DNA of 64,000 nucleotides from a virus (Duplodnaviria; Caudoviricetes), in the IMG/VR virus record IMGVR_UViG_3300037067_027643, positions 221,745 to 285,744 of that record, one strand, 5' to 3'. Within the stretch, counting starts at the first letter, position 1, and each line of letters opens with the position of its first letter. The notes under the pieces are model-generated. The model had not been told where the DNA came from. It worked only from the letters and a program-made list of their open reading frames with translations, and did no database searches. Shown here one piece after another: positions 48,592-60,366 of this stretch. A program made the translations under genes and the position numbers.

Positions 48592-49322
48592 ATTAATTTG
48601 TATATTTATGAATATAGACGTAAAAACATTAATAGTATATAAATCTGATTTAAATACATCATCTCAAAATAAAAATATAAAAGATATTTGGTACGAAGAT
48701 TTAAAAGATACAAATACAAAGTTTTATCTTAATGATATTGTATTATTTCTCGATGAAAATTTACAAACAAAAATATTGAAAAATAGATATGGTGATAATG
48801 GATCGGGTTTATACAATGTTATGATCAAAGAAATAAGAGATAAATTTGATAAGAAAATTAATGATATTAAAAGGGAACTATCACAAGATTTAGAAGAAAT
48901 AATAGACAAATTAAATATTCAGTAAAAGACAAACAATATGAAACGAATAGCATTAATTCCAATAACGGAAACCTCAGAAGGAAAATACAGATACTGCATA
49001 CAAAAGAATAATAAATTAAGTAGTGGAACAATAGATAATGCTAGACCAGCATTAGAAAGTTCAATTAGATCAGCTACTATTAATATTGGATACAAGCATA
49101 GTCCTAATTTTACAGTTAAAAAACTTATATATACAGATACAGTTAATATTTTTTTTGTATGTATTCCAATGGAAATGGTTGATTATAAATACAGAGCAAT
49201 GTGGATCTCAGAAGAAGAATTCAGTCAGTTAGATGATTTTGAAATGTATATTCCAGAAATTATTGAAAAAATAAACATTTATAAACCTACATTAGTAAAA
49301 ATTAATAAAAAAGACATAGAAA

Positions 49323-49946
49323 ATGACAACACTGATAAAGAACAATCAACAGAAAACGCATAAATCATTTAGCAACAGTCGCTGGACGTTGCAACAGAAA
49401 AGCACTCTTATTGAAAAATATAGGTTAATATCTATAGGAGAATTATGCGAAATATTAGGAAAAACTCCTAAAGCAATAAGTATGAAAGCAGCTAGACTTG
49501 GGTTAAATAAAAATGTAATTAGTAACCAACTAAACTTATCACTATCTGAAAAACCGGTTAACTGGACAGATAAACAAATATATTTTTTAAAAAACTATTA
49601 TGGTAAACTAGCAAATTCCACAATTGTTATATGTGATCCATTTATCGCTAGTGGAATAACAATCCAACAAATAGCTGATAAGGCTTATGAATTAGGGATT
49701 ACCAAGGTTAAACATTTAGAACCTGATGTAGACTTATATAATGATAATAATATTGTTTCGGACAAGAAAAAATCTAGAAAAAAGAAACGATTCTTCGATA
49801 ATACAGAAGTTAAAATGTTACAAAATTTAATTGATAGTAATATCGAATTAAAAGTAGTAGAAATAGCACGATTGTTGGATAGAGATCCTTCGTCAATAAG
49901 TAAGAAAATTAAAGAATTAAAAACGTTAAAAACTAAAAATAAATAA
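49323..49946 (+). CDS. multi-HTH DNA-binding protein
   Basis: Repeated WT..(Q/E)...L...Y..LGKTPKAISMKAARLGL-type units; C-terminal EIARLLDRDPSSISKKI. Confidence 0.65.
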   Translation: MTTLIKNNQQKTHKSFSNSRWTLQQKSTLIEKYRLISIGELCEILGKTPKAISMKAARLGLNKNVISNQLNLSLSEKPVNWTDKQIYFLKNYYGKLANSTIVICDPFIASGITIQQIADKAYELGITKVKHLEPDVDLYNDNNIVSDKKKSRKKKRFFDNTEVKMLQNLIDSNIELKVVEIARLLDRDPSSISKKIKELKTLKTKNK

Positions 49947-50276
49947 AATTATGGATTTACACGAAAAAATAAACGAAAATACAATTCTTTATTATATAGA
50001 ATCAAACAATACAAGTTATGATGCAAATAATAAACCTAGAATTGATAGCTATACCTTATCATTTGGATTTTATGATTGCCATTATTATCTAACAGTTTCT
50101 AAAAAAGATATAGAAGAAGACAATTGCTATAGTACATCATTAGATGGAGATTCTAGATTATTTGATAGTTTTGAAGAGCATTGTCAAGATGAACTTTGGG
50201 AAATTATTAAAACTAAATGTAAAGAATACGACAAATGGTATAATAAAAATATGATTTAAATTTAAAAATAAAAATA

Positions 50277-50936
50277 ATGTCAAACAAACAACTAACAGAA
50301 GAACAACTTCTAGAAAATTATAACAAACTATTATCATATACCGAACTCTTTCCAGAACCAAGGAAAGAAAAAGTATTAGAATTATACAAAGAGTTTGAAA
50401 ATCAAATAATAGTAGCTCCTTGTAGTGCTACAAATACATATCATGGTTGTTATCCAGGCGGGTATGTAGTACATGTATTAAATGTTATTAAAAATTGTAT
50501 AGAACTGTATAAAACTTATAAAACATGTGGACTAAGAATAGATAACTTTACCAAAGAAGAACTGGTATTTAGTGCAATGTTTCATGATTTAGGTAAAATA
50601 GGTGAAAAAGATGTAGATGCTCTTATTCCTAATACAAGTGAGTGGCATATTAAAAATCAAGGAAAGATATATCTTAAAAATCCCGCTATTAAACACATGC
50701 TACATGAAGATAGAAGTTTATATCTCCTTCAAAAATATGGTGTAGTAGTAACAGACAATGAATTTATTTCGATAAGAACACATAATGGTCTTTTTGTAGA
50801 TGCTAATAGATGGTATTGGGAATTATCAAACGATAAAACTAACGAATTCAGAAATAACTTACCTATAATTTTACATCAAGCTGATTTTATGAGTTATAGA
50901 CTAGAGTGTGAACAAGAAGGTATATTTAAACAATAA
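50277..50936 (+). CDS. HD-domain phosphohydrolase
   Basis: YHGCYPGGYVVH, FHDLGK, H..RS, THNG, HQAD. Confidence 0.9.
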   Translation: MSNKQLTEEQLLENYNKLLSYTELFPEPRKEKVLELYKEFENQIIVAPCSATNTYHGCYPGGYVVHVLNVIKNCIELYKTYKTCGLRIDNFTKEELVFSAMFHDLGKIGEKDVDALIPNTSEWHIKNQGKIYLKNPAIKHMLHEDRSLYLLQKYGVVVTDNEFISIRTHNGLFVDANRWYWELSNDKTNEFRNNLPIILHQADFMSYRLECEQEGIFKQ

Positions 50937-50976
50937 ATAAAAATAATTTATAAACAATTTAAAAATAAATAAAATT

Positions 50977-51483
50977 ATGTACACAATAATAATAATGACA
51001 ATCGTTGGAATAATCATATCAATTAGATATACCTATAAAAATGATGGAAATGACTTCGAATTTTATATTATGAACGGAATATTAGGTACAGTTATTGGAT
51101 GCTGCGTTGGAATACTTTTCGCTGTAATAATATTTGCTGTTACTCCACATGATATTTCAAAAGAAAGACATGACTTAGTAGCTATTAAAGATGGAAGTGG
51201 TATAAACGGAAGTTTCTTTTTAGGTTGTGGAACTATAGAAGATAGAAATTATTACTATTATTATGAGAAAAGCAATGATAACGGTTATAAACAACAAAAA
51301 ATTTTAGTTGATAAAGTAGTATTATATGAAGATGCTACAGATAGTACTGCATATATTGAATTTCAACATAAAATATCAAAGACACCTTATAAAAAATGGA
51401 GTGTAAATTGTGGATGTATACAAACAAAAATCCATGTTCCAAAAGGTACTATAATTAAACAGTTTAAACTTGATTTAGAATAA
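50977..51483 (+). CDS. membrane protein (two N-terminal TM helices)
   Basis: Hydrophobic segments followed by GSFFLGCG..YYYYY. Confidence 0.6.
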   Translation: MYTIIIMTIVGIIISIRYTYKNDGNDFEFYIMNGILGTVIGCCVGILFAVIIFAVTPHDISKERHDLVAIKDGSGINGSFFLGCGTIEDRNYYYYYEKSNDNGYKQQKILVDKVVLYEDATDSTAYIEFQHKISKTPYKKWSVNCGCIQTKIHVPKGTIIKQFKLDLE

Positions 51484-51484
51484 A

Positions 51485-51835
51485 ATGAAAATTCTATATC
51501 TAACAATTAAAAAACAATGGTTTAATATGATTCTATCTGGAGAAAAGACAGAAGAATATAAAGAACTTAAACTATATTGGCAATCTAGATTATGTAACTC
51601 TTATTTAAAGGTGGCAAATGGATGTAAACATCTAAATTGTGATATGTGTAAATGGAACAATTTCAAAAAATTTGATGTTATTCACTTTTATAATGGAGGT
51701 TCTCCTTCATTAAAATATCAAAATTTTAAAATAGAATTTAAAGGAATTGAAATTGGATATGGAATAGAAAAATGGGGAGTGGAATTAAATAAGAAATATT
51801 TTATATTAAAGTTAGGTAAAATAATAAAATCATGA
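51485..51835 (+). CDS. ASCH-domain protein
   Basis: LTIKKQWFNMILSGEKTEEY (GxKxxE; Lys where Arg is usual). Confidence 0.8.
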   Translation: MKILYLTIKKQWFNMILSGEKTEEYKELKLYWQSRLCNSYLKVANGCKHLNCDMCKWNNFKKFDVIHFYNGGSPSLKYQNFKIEFKGIEIGYGIEKWGVELNKKYFILKLGKIIKS

Positions 51836-52021
51836 AAATAATAACAATCGAAAAATACGAAATTTTTGAAATTAAAACTGATACAAATGAACAGTTTAGA
51901 AGAACTGGAAATTGTTGTTGGGAAAAATTGTATGGAGAATCGTGGGAAAGTGAATATTCTAAAGAATATGAATTAGAAGAGGAATTTCAACAATATTTAA
52001 AAGAACATAAATTATAAAACA

Positions 52022-52216
52022 ATGGAAGACAATGATTTAATGCCATTTGGAGTTCATAAAGGAAAAGCAATGGTAAATGTTCCATCACACTACTTACTTT
52101 GGCTATACGAAGAGAAGAAATGTAGTGGAGTTGTTAAACAATACATTATAGATAATTTAGATGTGATTTGTAGTGATATCAAAAGAAATAACATTATTAA
52201 AAATAAAAATGATTGA
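52022..52216 (+). CDS. small DUF3820 / exonuclease-X C-terminal-like protein
   Basis: MPFGVHKGK....VPSHYLLW. Confidence 0.8.
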   Translation: MEDNDLMPFGVHKGKAMVNVPSHYLLWLYEEKKCSGVVKQYIIDNLDVICSDIKRNNIIKNKND

Positions 52217-52405
52217 TAATACTACTTATATTAATAGTATGAACTAATTGGAGAAAGTGAATGAATTTTTTAAACAACATTAAACATAAAATTACTCAAA
52301 AATTAATTTGGGAAATTGTATTATTTTCGGTAGGAATATTAATTGGTGTTTATTTAACACTTAAATTAGTACCTATAATTTGGAGAATTTTTTAAAATCT
52401 AATTA

Positions 52406-53347
52406 ATGCAAGAAGAAAAACAAATCATAAAACACTTTGATCCACTAGCAACTCTAAATAAACAATTAACAATACCAAACAATACTGAATTAGATAAAAT
52501 AGATTTCATCCACACTAAGTCATTACGATTAAAACCAAATGATTTATTTATAAGTGATTTAAAGTGGAAATATCTAATTCGTACATTGTTGTATGGTAAG
52601 AACATATTAATTGAAGGGCCTAGTGGATCAGGTAAAACACGTTCTATATTATCATTAAAAACAGTATTTCCAGAACGACCATTCTTTAATATATCAATGG
52701 GAAATAGTACAGATCCAAAAAGTACATTAATAGGAAATACACATTTTAAACAGGATACAGGAACATTTTTTAATCGATCTCTTTTTGTTCAAGCAATACA
52801 AACAAAAAATGCTATTATATTATTAGATGAACTAAGTAGAGCACATCCGGAAGCTGGAAATATATTAATGCCTGTATTAGATAGTGAACAACGCTTTTTA
52901 AGATTGGATGATGAAGTTGATAGTCCTACTATACCAGTTGCTACAGGAGTTTGTTTTCTTGCTACTGCTAATATAGGAGTTGAATATACCAGTACAAGAA
53001 TAATGGATCGTTCTTTAATGGATAGATTTATAAGAATCGTAATGGAACCATTAAGTCGAGAAGAAGAAAGTCAACTGATTCAATTAAAATATCCAGCACT
53101 TAATATTGATACGGTAAATGCTATTAGTGAGATTGTTGATATTACAAGACAAGAAGTAAAAAAACCGGATAGTAAATTATCTACAATTATATCAACAAGA
53201 GCCAGTTTAGAAATAGCCGGATTGTGTAATGATCGTTTTAGTTTAGAAGAGGCATTTCAAGTACAGGTATATCCATTCTACAGTGAAATTGGAGATAATG
53301 AATCAGAAAGGTGTTTTATTAAACAAATATTACAAAAATTTATATAA
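52406..53347 (+). CDS. MoxR/CbbQ/CobS-type AAA+ ATPase
   Basis: Walker A GPSGSGKT, Walker B ILLDELSR, ATAN, DRSLMDRF, ISTR. Confidence 0.92.
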   Translation: MQEEKQIIKHFDPLATLNKQLTIPNNTELDKIDFIHTKSLRLKPNDLFISDLKWKYLIRTLLYGKNILIEGPSGSGKTRSILSLKTVFPERPFFNISMGNSTDPKSTLIGNTHFKQDTGTFFNRSLFVQAIQTKNAIILLDELSRAHPEAGNILMPVLDSEQRFLRLDDEVDSPTIPVATGVCFLATANIGVEYTSTRIMDRSLMDRFIRIVMEPLSREEESQLIQLKYPALNIDTVNAISEIVDITRQEVKKPDSKLSTIISTRASLEIAGLCNDRFSLEEAFQVQVYPFYSEIGDNESERCFIKQILQKFI

Positions 53348-53903
53348 TATGAAAAATGACGAATATAGATTAATTTTAGCGGCTATAGTTGATAAAAATA
53401 ATAATTGTGTAAATTGTATTCCTCATACAGAAGGTAAAACAATATCAAGACAAGAATCATTAGATATATTATGTGATTCAATTTGTATGATTATAAAAGA
53501 TATAAATAAATCAAGAGAAGAACAGGATTATATTTTAGTGAATAAAATTATAGATAATATTAAAAAAGAATTTGTAAGTCCAAAAAATTTTGAAAATGTT
53601 AGTTTAGAAGTTGAAATATTAAAAGATAAAAAATTATGACAGAACTCGAATTATACAAATTTGTAGATGACAATTGTTTAGAATACCATTGGATAGAAAA
53701 TGATATAGGCGATGATATTGATGTAATATTATTTGTTAATAATGAACAGATAGAAGATTTTAAATATTGGTTAGGAGAAGGAATATTTGATGATGAGGGT
53801 ATTAAGTGTGTAGCTAAATATGAATATTTTTGTTTTCATATGTTAGAAATTTGTGAGTATTTTGGTATTAATATTAATAATGTTTTTAAAAAATAATAAA
53901 ATT

Positions 53904-54284
53904 ATGAAAGAATTATTTGTACAATTAACACTAGCTAATAAATTAAAAGAAAAAGGTTTTAAAAAATCTTGTTTTGGATTTTATCCAAATGATGAAAATC
54001 CATGTATACAATTATGTTCAATTGATCATAAATTTGGTTGGTGGGATGATTATATAAGCGCTCCTCTTTATCAACAAGTGATAGATTGGTTAAGAGAAAA
54101 ACATAATTTATATATAATCGAACAACTTGATATGACATGTGATCCAAAATACTGTTATGAAATCTATAGATATGAAGATTTTGGAAATTGGACATTAGTA
54201 AGTAAACGACCTGATATGTTTCTTTATCTAAATCCAATAGAAAATTTGAATGCGGCGATAATGGAAGCTTTGACTTTAATTTAA
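53904..54284 (+). CDS. hypothetical protein, paralog of 10999-11508
   Basis: MKELFV..ANKLKEKGF..C; SAPLYQQVIDWLREK. Confidence 0.7.
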   Translation: MKELFVQLTLANKLKEKGFKKSCFGFYPNDENPCIQLCSIDHKFGWWDDYISAPLYQQVIDWLREKHNLYIIEQLDMTCDPKYCYEIYRYEDFGNWTLVSKRPDMFLYLNPIENLNAAIMEALTLI

Positions 54285-54291
54285 AATTAAT

Positions 54292-55134
54292 ATGGAAAAA
54301 CTTATAAAATGGTTTAAAAGTTTATATCACCCTTATACAATCAAAGAATCGATCATTTTAAATTTAATGCAATGTATTAATTTCTTTATTGGTAAAAGAT
54401 TTCAATTTTTACATTATTTTAATTTTATAAAAGAATATAAAATAAAACATTCAAATAAAACAATATTTGTTGATGATTTTATATCATTTAATGATAATAT
54501 ATGGCAAAAAGAATTTCCATGGGGTAATGGTAATAATGAACCATCTAATGTTTGTATTTTTAAAGATAGCGTAATAATGGAAATGAATAAAGAAAATTAT
54601 ATTGGATATTGGGGTGGACAAAATTGGAATTATATCAATACAACTGGGATGATTTATTCTAAAAATATTTATCCAGTAGAAGCCGTTTATGAATTTAAAG
54701 TAAAATTTTCAAATGTTAAAAATATAAACCAAGCTGTGTGGTTATTAAGATTAAAAGATGAACCATTACCTAAACAAATAGAAGAGATAGATTTTGAATA
54801 TTATGGTGATAGAATAACAATGAGTCAACATTGGGGTAATGGATATAATCACAAAGAAAACCATCGTCAAGATTCATTTGGATTTAAAATTGATTTATCT
54901 AAAAAATGGCACATATTAAAATTTAAAATAACAAAAAGAAATATCTACTGGTATATTGATAATATTCTTGTAAAATGGCATTTTATAGGGGTTCCAAAAT
55001 TAGAACAACATATTGTTTTAGATATAGGAAATTGTAGTATTGATTCTGAACATCCAAATGATATAGGGAATCTTAATTTAGATAAATTACCAGCTTATTT
55101 TAAATGCGACTATATTAGGATTATTAAAAATTAA
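54292..55134 (+). CDS. glycoside hydrolase family 16-like protein
   Basis: FVDDF..W, TTGMIYS, AVWL, catalytic EIDFE, WH, WYIDN, DYIRI. Confidence 0.75.
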   Translation: MEKLIKWFKSLYHPYTIKESIILNLMQCINFFIGKRFQFLHYFNFIKEYKIKHSNKTIFVDDFISFNDNIWQKEFPWGNGNNEPSNVCIFKDSVIMEMNKENYIGYWGGQNWNYINTTGMIYSKNIYPVEAVYEFKVKFSNVKNINQAVWLLRLKDEPLPKQIEEIDFEYYGDRITMSQHWGNGYNHKENHRQDSFGFKIDLSKKWHILKFKITKRNIYWYIDNILVKWHFIGVPKLEQHIVLDIGNCSIDSEHPNDIGNLNLDKLPAYFKCDYIRIIKN

Positions 55135-55701
55135 ATAATATGAACGAAACTCTTAGTATCAAAGAATTTTTTGAAAAATATTGGGTCATAAAAAATTCGG
55201 ATGGAACAATAACTCATCCTAAAATTACACAATCACAATTAGAATTTTTAGAATTATGTGAAAAAGCTAAAAAAGATGGAAAACAATTATGTTTAAATCA
55301 TGGTAGACCAAATAAAGGAACTTATATTTTTGAACTAGCACAAACAATTCAAGAATTAGAAAATGGTAAAACTGTTGCATTAGTTTCATTTGAAAATCCG
55401 AATAAGTATTTAAATGATTTAAAAAATTATTTTGGAAATAATATAAAAATTAAAAAAGATAAGAAAAACAAAGATATAACAATATTAAAATTAAAATAAT
55501 ATGGAAATTAGAAATGTAATGGAATATTGGGAGTCACTTCATAAAATTGATAGATGTAGTTTACTGGAAACAATTTATATCGATTCGGAATTAGGAAATT
55601 ATAAATATGAAGATTTACATGGACATATAAGATTGATATTGGTTAGTTTATTTAACTATAAGTGGAAACATCAAACTCACGAATTAACTTTTTAACTATT
55701 A

Positions 55702-57501
55702 ATGTCAACAACTCATTCATCCTTTTGGCTTCCTAAAAATATAGATTTCGCTACTATTCCACGTATTTTTAAATTGTCTATATTCAAAAAAGCTGTTGAT
55801 AATTTTATCGATATAATAACCAACAATGATAATTCAATAGTTTCACAATTTGATGTTCATCTTATTAATACAGATATCGAAAATAAAATAATATTATCTG
55901 GAGAATGTGATAAAAATTTAGATGCTACAATCGGATTAGCTATTTTTGAAACAATACAGTTAAAATATTCAAGCACTAAACTAAATATAGAAGAATATAT
56001 AAAAACCAACCTAATAGGATTAGATATAACAAACGATTTAGAATCAATTAATACTATATACCACTTTGTAGAAGATCTAAGATTATACCGTATTATATTA
56101 GATAAGTATAACGGATACGCTGGTTATTTACAAGAAATGATTGTAGAATACAAACAAGATCGAGTAATTGATAAAATATTACGAAGTAACCAACTATTTA
56201 AAACCAATGATGTAGAAAGTTATTTGTTTAGATTGTTAAATATTCAAAATGCTAATAATAAATTATCATCGTTACCTGGACTACAATCATTATCGGACGG
56301 TTTAGATATTAAAAATATTGATAGATTAAAAAATAGTGAAGAAGCATTATTACTATCAATAGAACTATTAAACATAATTAAAAGATATACTACAAGCAAT
56401 AATCAAACCACAGAAGAAGATATAAACAACATTTTAAAATCAGAAAAACAAACTAAAAGATTCGTATCAGTATATACTCAACAACGACAATTCGATCCTA
56501 AAAAAACAAAAATATCAATTCGAGAAAGTAAACAAGTAGATGTCATTAAAAACTCAGGAACGAAAATAGTAAAAATAAATGATAACATAATAAAAGATGT
56601 TGATGTAATTGTAATAGATAAACTCACAGAACAACTAATCAATTCTAAAACATTTAACTTCTTTACTATCAATAAGCAAAAGAATTATTACAATTTAAAA
56701 CGAATAGAACAAGCAATACGAACTGGAAAACAAATAGCTAATCAACTACAATTATATACTATTAACAACAACTATAAAAATACAAGACTTAAAACAGGTA
56801 AGATAGATCAAAGACTGGTAGCTAACTTAGGATATAATGATAGTAAAATATTTTATAATTACTCGGATACTAATGATAACAAAGATAATCTAACATATTG
56901 TAATATATCAATAGATGGTAGCAGTAGTATGGAAGGAGATAAATTTGAAAACTGTCTATCTACAGCCGTATCAATAATTGTAGCAACTACTCAAATATTA
57001 GGCAATTCAATTCATATAAAATGTAATGTTAGATATACAAATAGGATTGATAATGTTTGTGTTCCTGTTGTATTAAATATATTTGATAGTAAAACGGATA
57101 CTATTTATAAAATTAAATCATTATTTCAATACTTAAAACCAAACGGACATACTCCAGAAGGACTTTGCTTTAACAGTATTATAGATACAATAGATAAGGA
57201 TAGTAAACTAAGTAATAAGAAATATTTTATCAATTTTAGTGATGGAGAACCTTACTATGAAACAAAATGTTTTAAATATGAAAATGACGTAGCTATACAA
57301 CATACAAAGAAACAGGTAGATAGAATGAAATTGAATAATATAAAAGTATTGTCTTACTATGTTTCAAATAAAAAATGCGGAGATATTAACTTAAATAATT
57401 TTAAAGCTATGTATGGAAATTCTGCTATAGCTATAGATGTAAACGATATTAGACTATTAACAAAAAGTTTAAATGAAAGGTTGATTACCACTACTTGTTA
57501 A
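55702..57501 (+). CDS. vWA-domain protein (CobT/NorD-like partner of the AAA+ ATPase)
   Basis: TGKID, MIDAS IDGSSSM, GHTPEG, FSDGEP; N-terminal VEDLR. Confidence 0.85.
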   Translation: MSTTHSSFWLPKNIDFATIPRIFKLSIFKKAVDNFIDIITNNDNSIVSQFDVHLINTDIENKIILSGECDKNLDATIGLAIFETIQLKYSSTKLNIEEYIKTNLIGLDITNDLESINTIYHFVEDLRLYRIILDKYNGYAGYLQEMIVEYKQDRVIDKILRSNQLFKTNDVESYLFRLLNIQNANNKLSSLPGLQSLSDGLDIKNIDRLKNSEEALLLSIELLNIIKRYTTSNNQTTEEDINNILKSEKQTKRFVSVYTQQRQFDPKKTKISIRESKQVDVIKNSGTKIVKINDNIIKDVDVIVIDKLTEQLINSKTFNFFTINKQKNYYNLKRIEQAIRTGKQIANQLQLYTINNNYKNTRLKTGKIDQRLVANLGYNDSKIFYNYSDTNDNKDNLTYCNISIDGSSSMEGDKFENCLSTAVSIIVATTQILGNSIHIKCNVRYTNRIDNVCVPVVLNIFDSKTDTIYKIKSLFQYLKPNGHTPEGLCFNSIIDTIDKDSKLSNKKYFINFSDGEPYYETKCFKYENDVAIQHTKKQVDRMKLNNIKVLSYYVSNKKCGDINLNNFKAMYGNSAIAIDVNDIRLLTKSLNERLITTTC

Positions 57502-57555
57502 AATTTATTTTGAAAATTATAAAAGATTTTGTATATTAAAATAAAAATTAAAACT

Positions 57556-60360
57556 ATGGAAAATAAAATTAAAAGAATTGACATCAAAGAATTTCGTGAA
57601 AAAGGATATTTACAAGAATTAAATAGAAGATTTTTACATCCACTTGGTTTAGCATTAGAAATAGTTGTTAATGATGATGGAACCGAAATTCTTGGAGGAA
57701 TATGGGACTATAGAGAAGAAAAAGAAGGAATATATTATGATATTTCTAATTCAGATTCTGAACGTAAAATAAAATTTAATAAAAATAAATCATTTATTGA
57801 TAATGAATTAGAAACTAGATGTCAATATAGAAAAGAAATACTTGGCTTTGGAATAGAACTTATAGATTAGATTTTTATTGTATGGAAACTATTTTTGTAA
57901 TAGCTGTTATACTCATAGGAATTTGGGGTATCATAGTATTATTAAGTGATAATGAATAAAATTTAAAATTATGGAAGAAAATAAAAAACCAACAATTTAT
58001 GATGATTATTTAATTAGAGAGAAAGATGGTCGTAAAATTAAAAGAATTCACTTATTATTTGTAGATCATAAATCAGAACCATTACTTTGTGATTGTTGTG
58101 ACAAGGTAAAACAATTAGCACATTTTGAAGATATTTTAGGAAATGTTTGGTGTATATGTAAAGATTGTTTGCAAGAAATGATTAATGAATTTGATTAAAT
58201 ATGGAAAATAAAAATTATACAAAGAAAAATGCAAAATATCGAGGAGTGCCATGTTGGTTTAATCCTTTAAATAATGAAATTAAAGGTAAAAATAAACTAT
58301 ATGATATATTAATTGATATTTTAGTTTGGTTTGATATGAATGTTTTTATAGTAGATGAATTTCCAATTTGGGTTGAAGTTGACGAATTAGAAAAATAAAT
58401 ATATAATTATGAATAACTGCGAATATTGTGGAACAAAATTAACAGATAATAATATAACCAATTGTAAAAATTGTGGAGCTCCAATTAAACAAACCGTTAG
58501 TGAGGAAATGGTATTTAATAATGACGATTGTTTTGGGTTACCACATTTTCATAATACTAATAAATTGCTATCAGGAATAATTTTACCGCATATAATAGAT
58601 AAATCAAAAATTATAATAATAGAACCTTTAATAACATATGAATAATCAATTTGAATTTACATATCATTGTCCGGAATGTGATACAGAATTTCAGTCTGAT
58701 ATTGGAATTAAATTAAAATGTCCTGGTTGTGGTATATTATTAGAAACAGATTGGACAGAAGATGAACTTGATTATGGAATGGTAGAAATGACACCATGTT
58801 GCAGAGTAATAGAAAATGATAATAAATAATTTAAATAAGACTTAAAATATGAATATAAGCGGAGCGAACCCAGCATTGTGGAACAAGACAGAAAAATCAA
58901 AAACTAAATCAACTACATCAAAAACAGTTGTAGAAACTAAACAATTAAATTGTAGTAATGAAATAATAGAACTACAAAATATCATTGATAGAATAGAAAA
59001 ATTAAGATCAGCAAATCCACATAAATATTTACATGATAGTGAAATAAGTCTTAATTTAGCATTATTATCTCTTAAACAAATAAATTAAAATTATGGAAAT
59101 ATATACAAGTGATTTAACAAATTTAGCAACTGATTATGCTGGTATAATTGAAAGAAAAATAAATATGAATAATGGTAAATTTGATTATATAATTCAAGAT
59201 GAATGTTGTAGCTTAATGTCAACAACAAGAAAATTATTATATACAAGATTATCAGCATCATTTAATACTTTAGTAGAACAATCAAAAACAGATAAAGATT
59301 TTGATTTAAAAACTAATTTATTTAAAATAATTAATGATTTATAAAAATTAAACAAAACATGATTAAAAAAATTAAATGTTTATTTGGACAACATACATTA
59401 GGTAAACAAGGAGAAGATGATAAACATTTTTACTTACATTGTCATAATTGTAACCATTTCAAAAAAGTTTTGAAAGAAGATATTAATAATTATAAATTAT
59501 ACGGATCAATTAAACGTCCAACCAGCCTTCAAATTAAACTTAGAAATTTTCTTAAAAAACACAAATTATATTATAAATTTAAATTATACAATTTTATATG
59601 AAAACACTAACATTAACAGAATTATTAAAATTATTAGGAACAACTCCAAAACAAATCAAATTAATAACTCTTACTGATGTTAAACTTAAAAAGAATACAG
59701 TATTTACAAATCCAATTAAAAAACTATCAAATGCTATAGTTGAAGTGAATTTTGACTATAAAACAGATGTAAATGAAGCAAGAAAATTGGAAGGAATTAA
59801 AGAAGAATTTACAGCATCGTCAAGAAAATGGGGTAAACATATTGAAGGATCAACTTGTTTAATAGAACATGAAACCACTAAAGAAAAATATTTAAATTGT
59901 AAACTAATTTCAAAAGATAAAAAAGTTGAATATATTGATGGTAGTAAAACAACTAATCCAATTCCAATTGAAACTATTCAACCTTATTTACCAGCTGTCA
60001 GTCCAAGTAAAACACAGGGAGTAGAAAATCAAATTGTAATTAATACATATAAACTTTCAAGTATTAAGGAAATTGAAATTGATAATGTGAAATATACATT
60101 TATTCCAACTGATAAAATTTAAAAATATGAAAATTTATAAAATAACCGAATATTGTTGTAAACCATTATATTATAAAAATAAAATACAAGCTAGAAAAAT
60201 ATTTGTAGATATTGCTGTTAGGTATTGGAAAGAACATCAATTGGACGATAGAGATTTAGAAAAATTACCTTGTGGTGGAGAACAATATGTTGCTGATAGA
60301 TTTTTATGTAAAGATGATGCAAAAGTAATATCTAAGATGGAAATAATAAATGTTTTATAA
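57556..60360 (+). other. cluster of small hypothetical genes, several Zn-ribbon (57971, 58409, 58638), plus 59598-60122
   Basis: Abutting ORFs with paired CxxC motifs. Confidence 0.65.
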
Positions 60361-60366
60361 TAATAC

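Noticed and set aside
48608-48925. DnaB helicase similarity (KILKNRYG)
   Set aside because: Only a short motif in a 105-aa protein with no Walker motifs.
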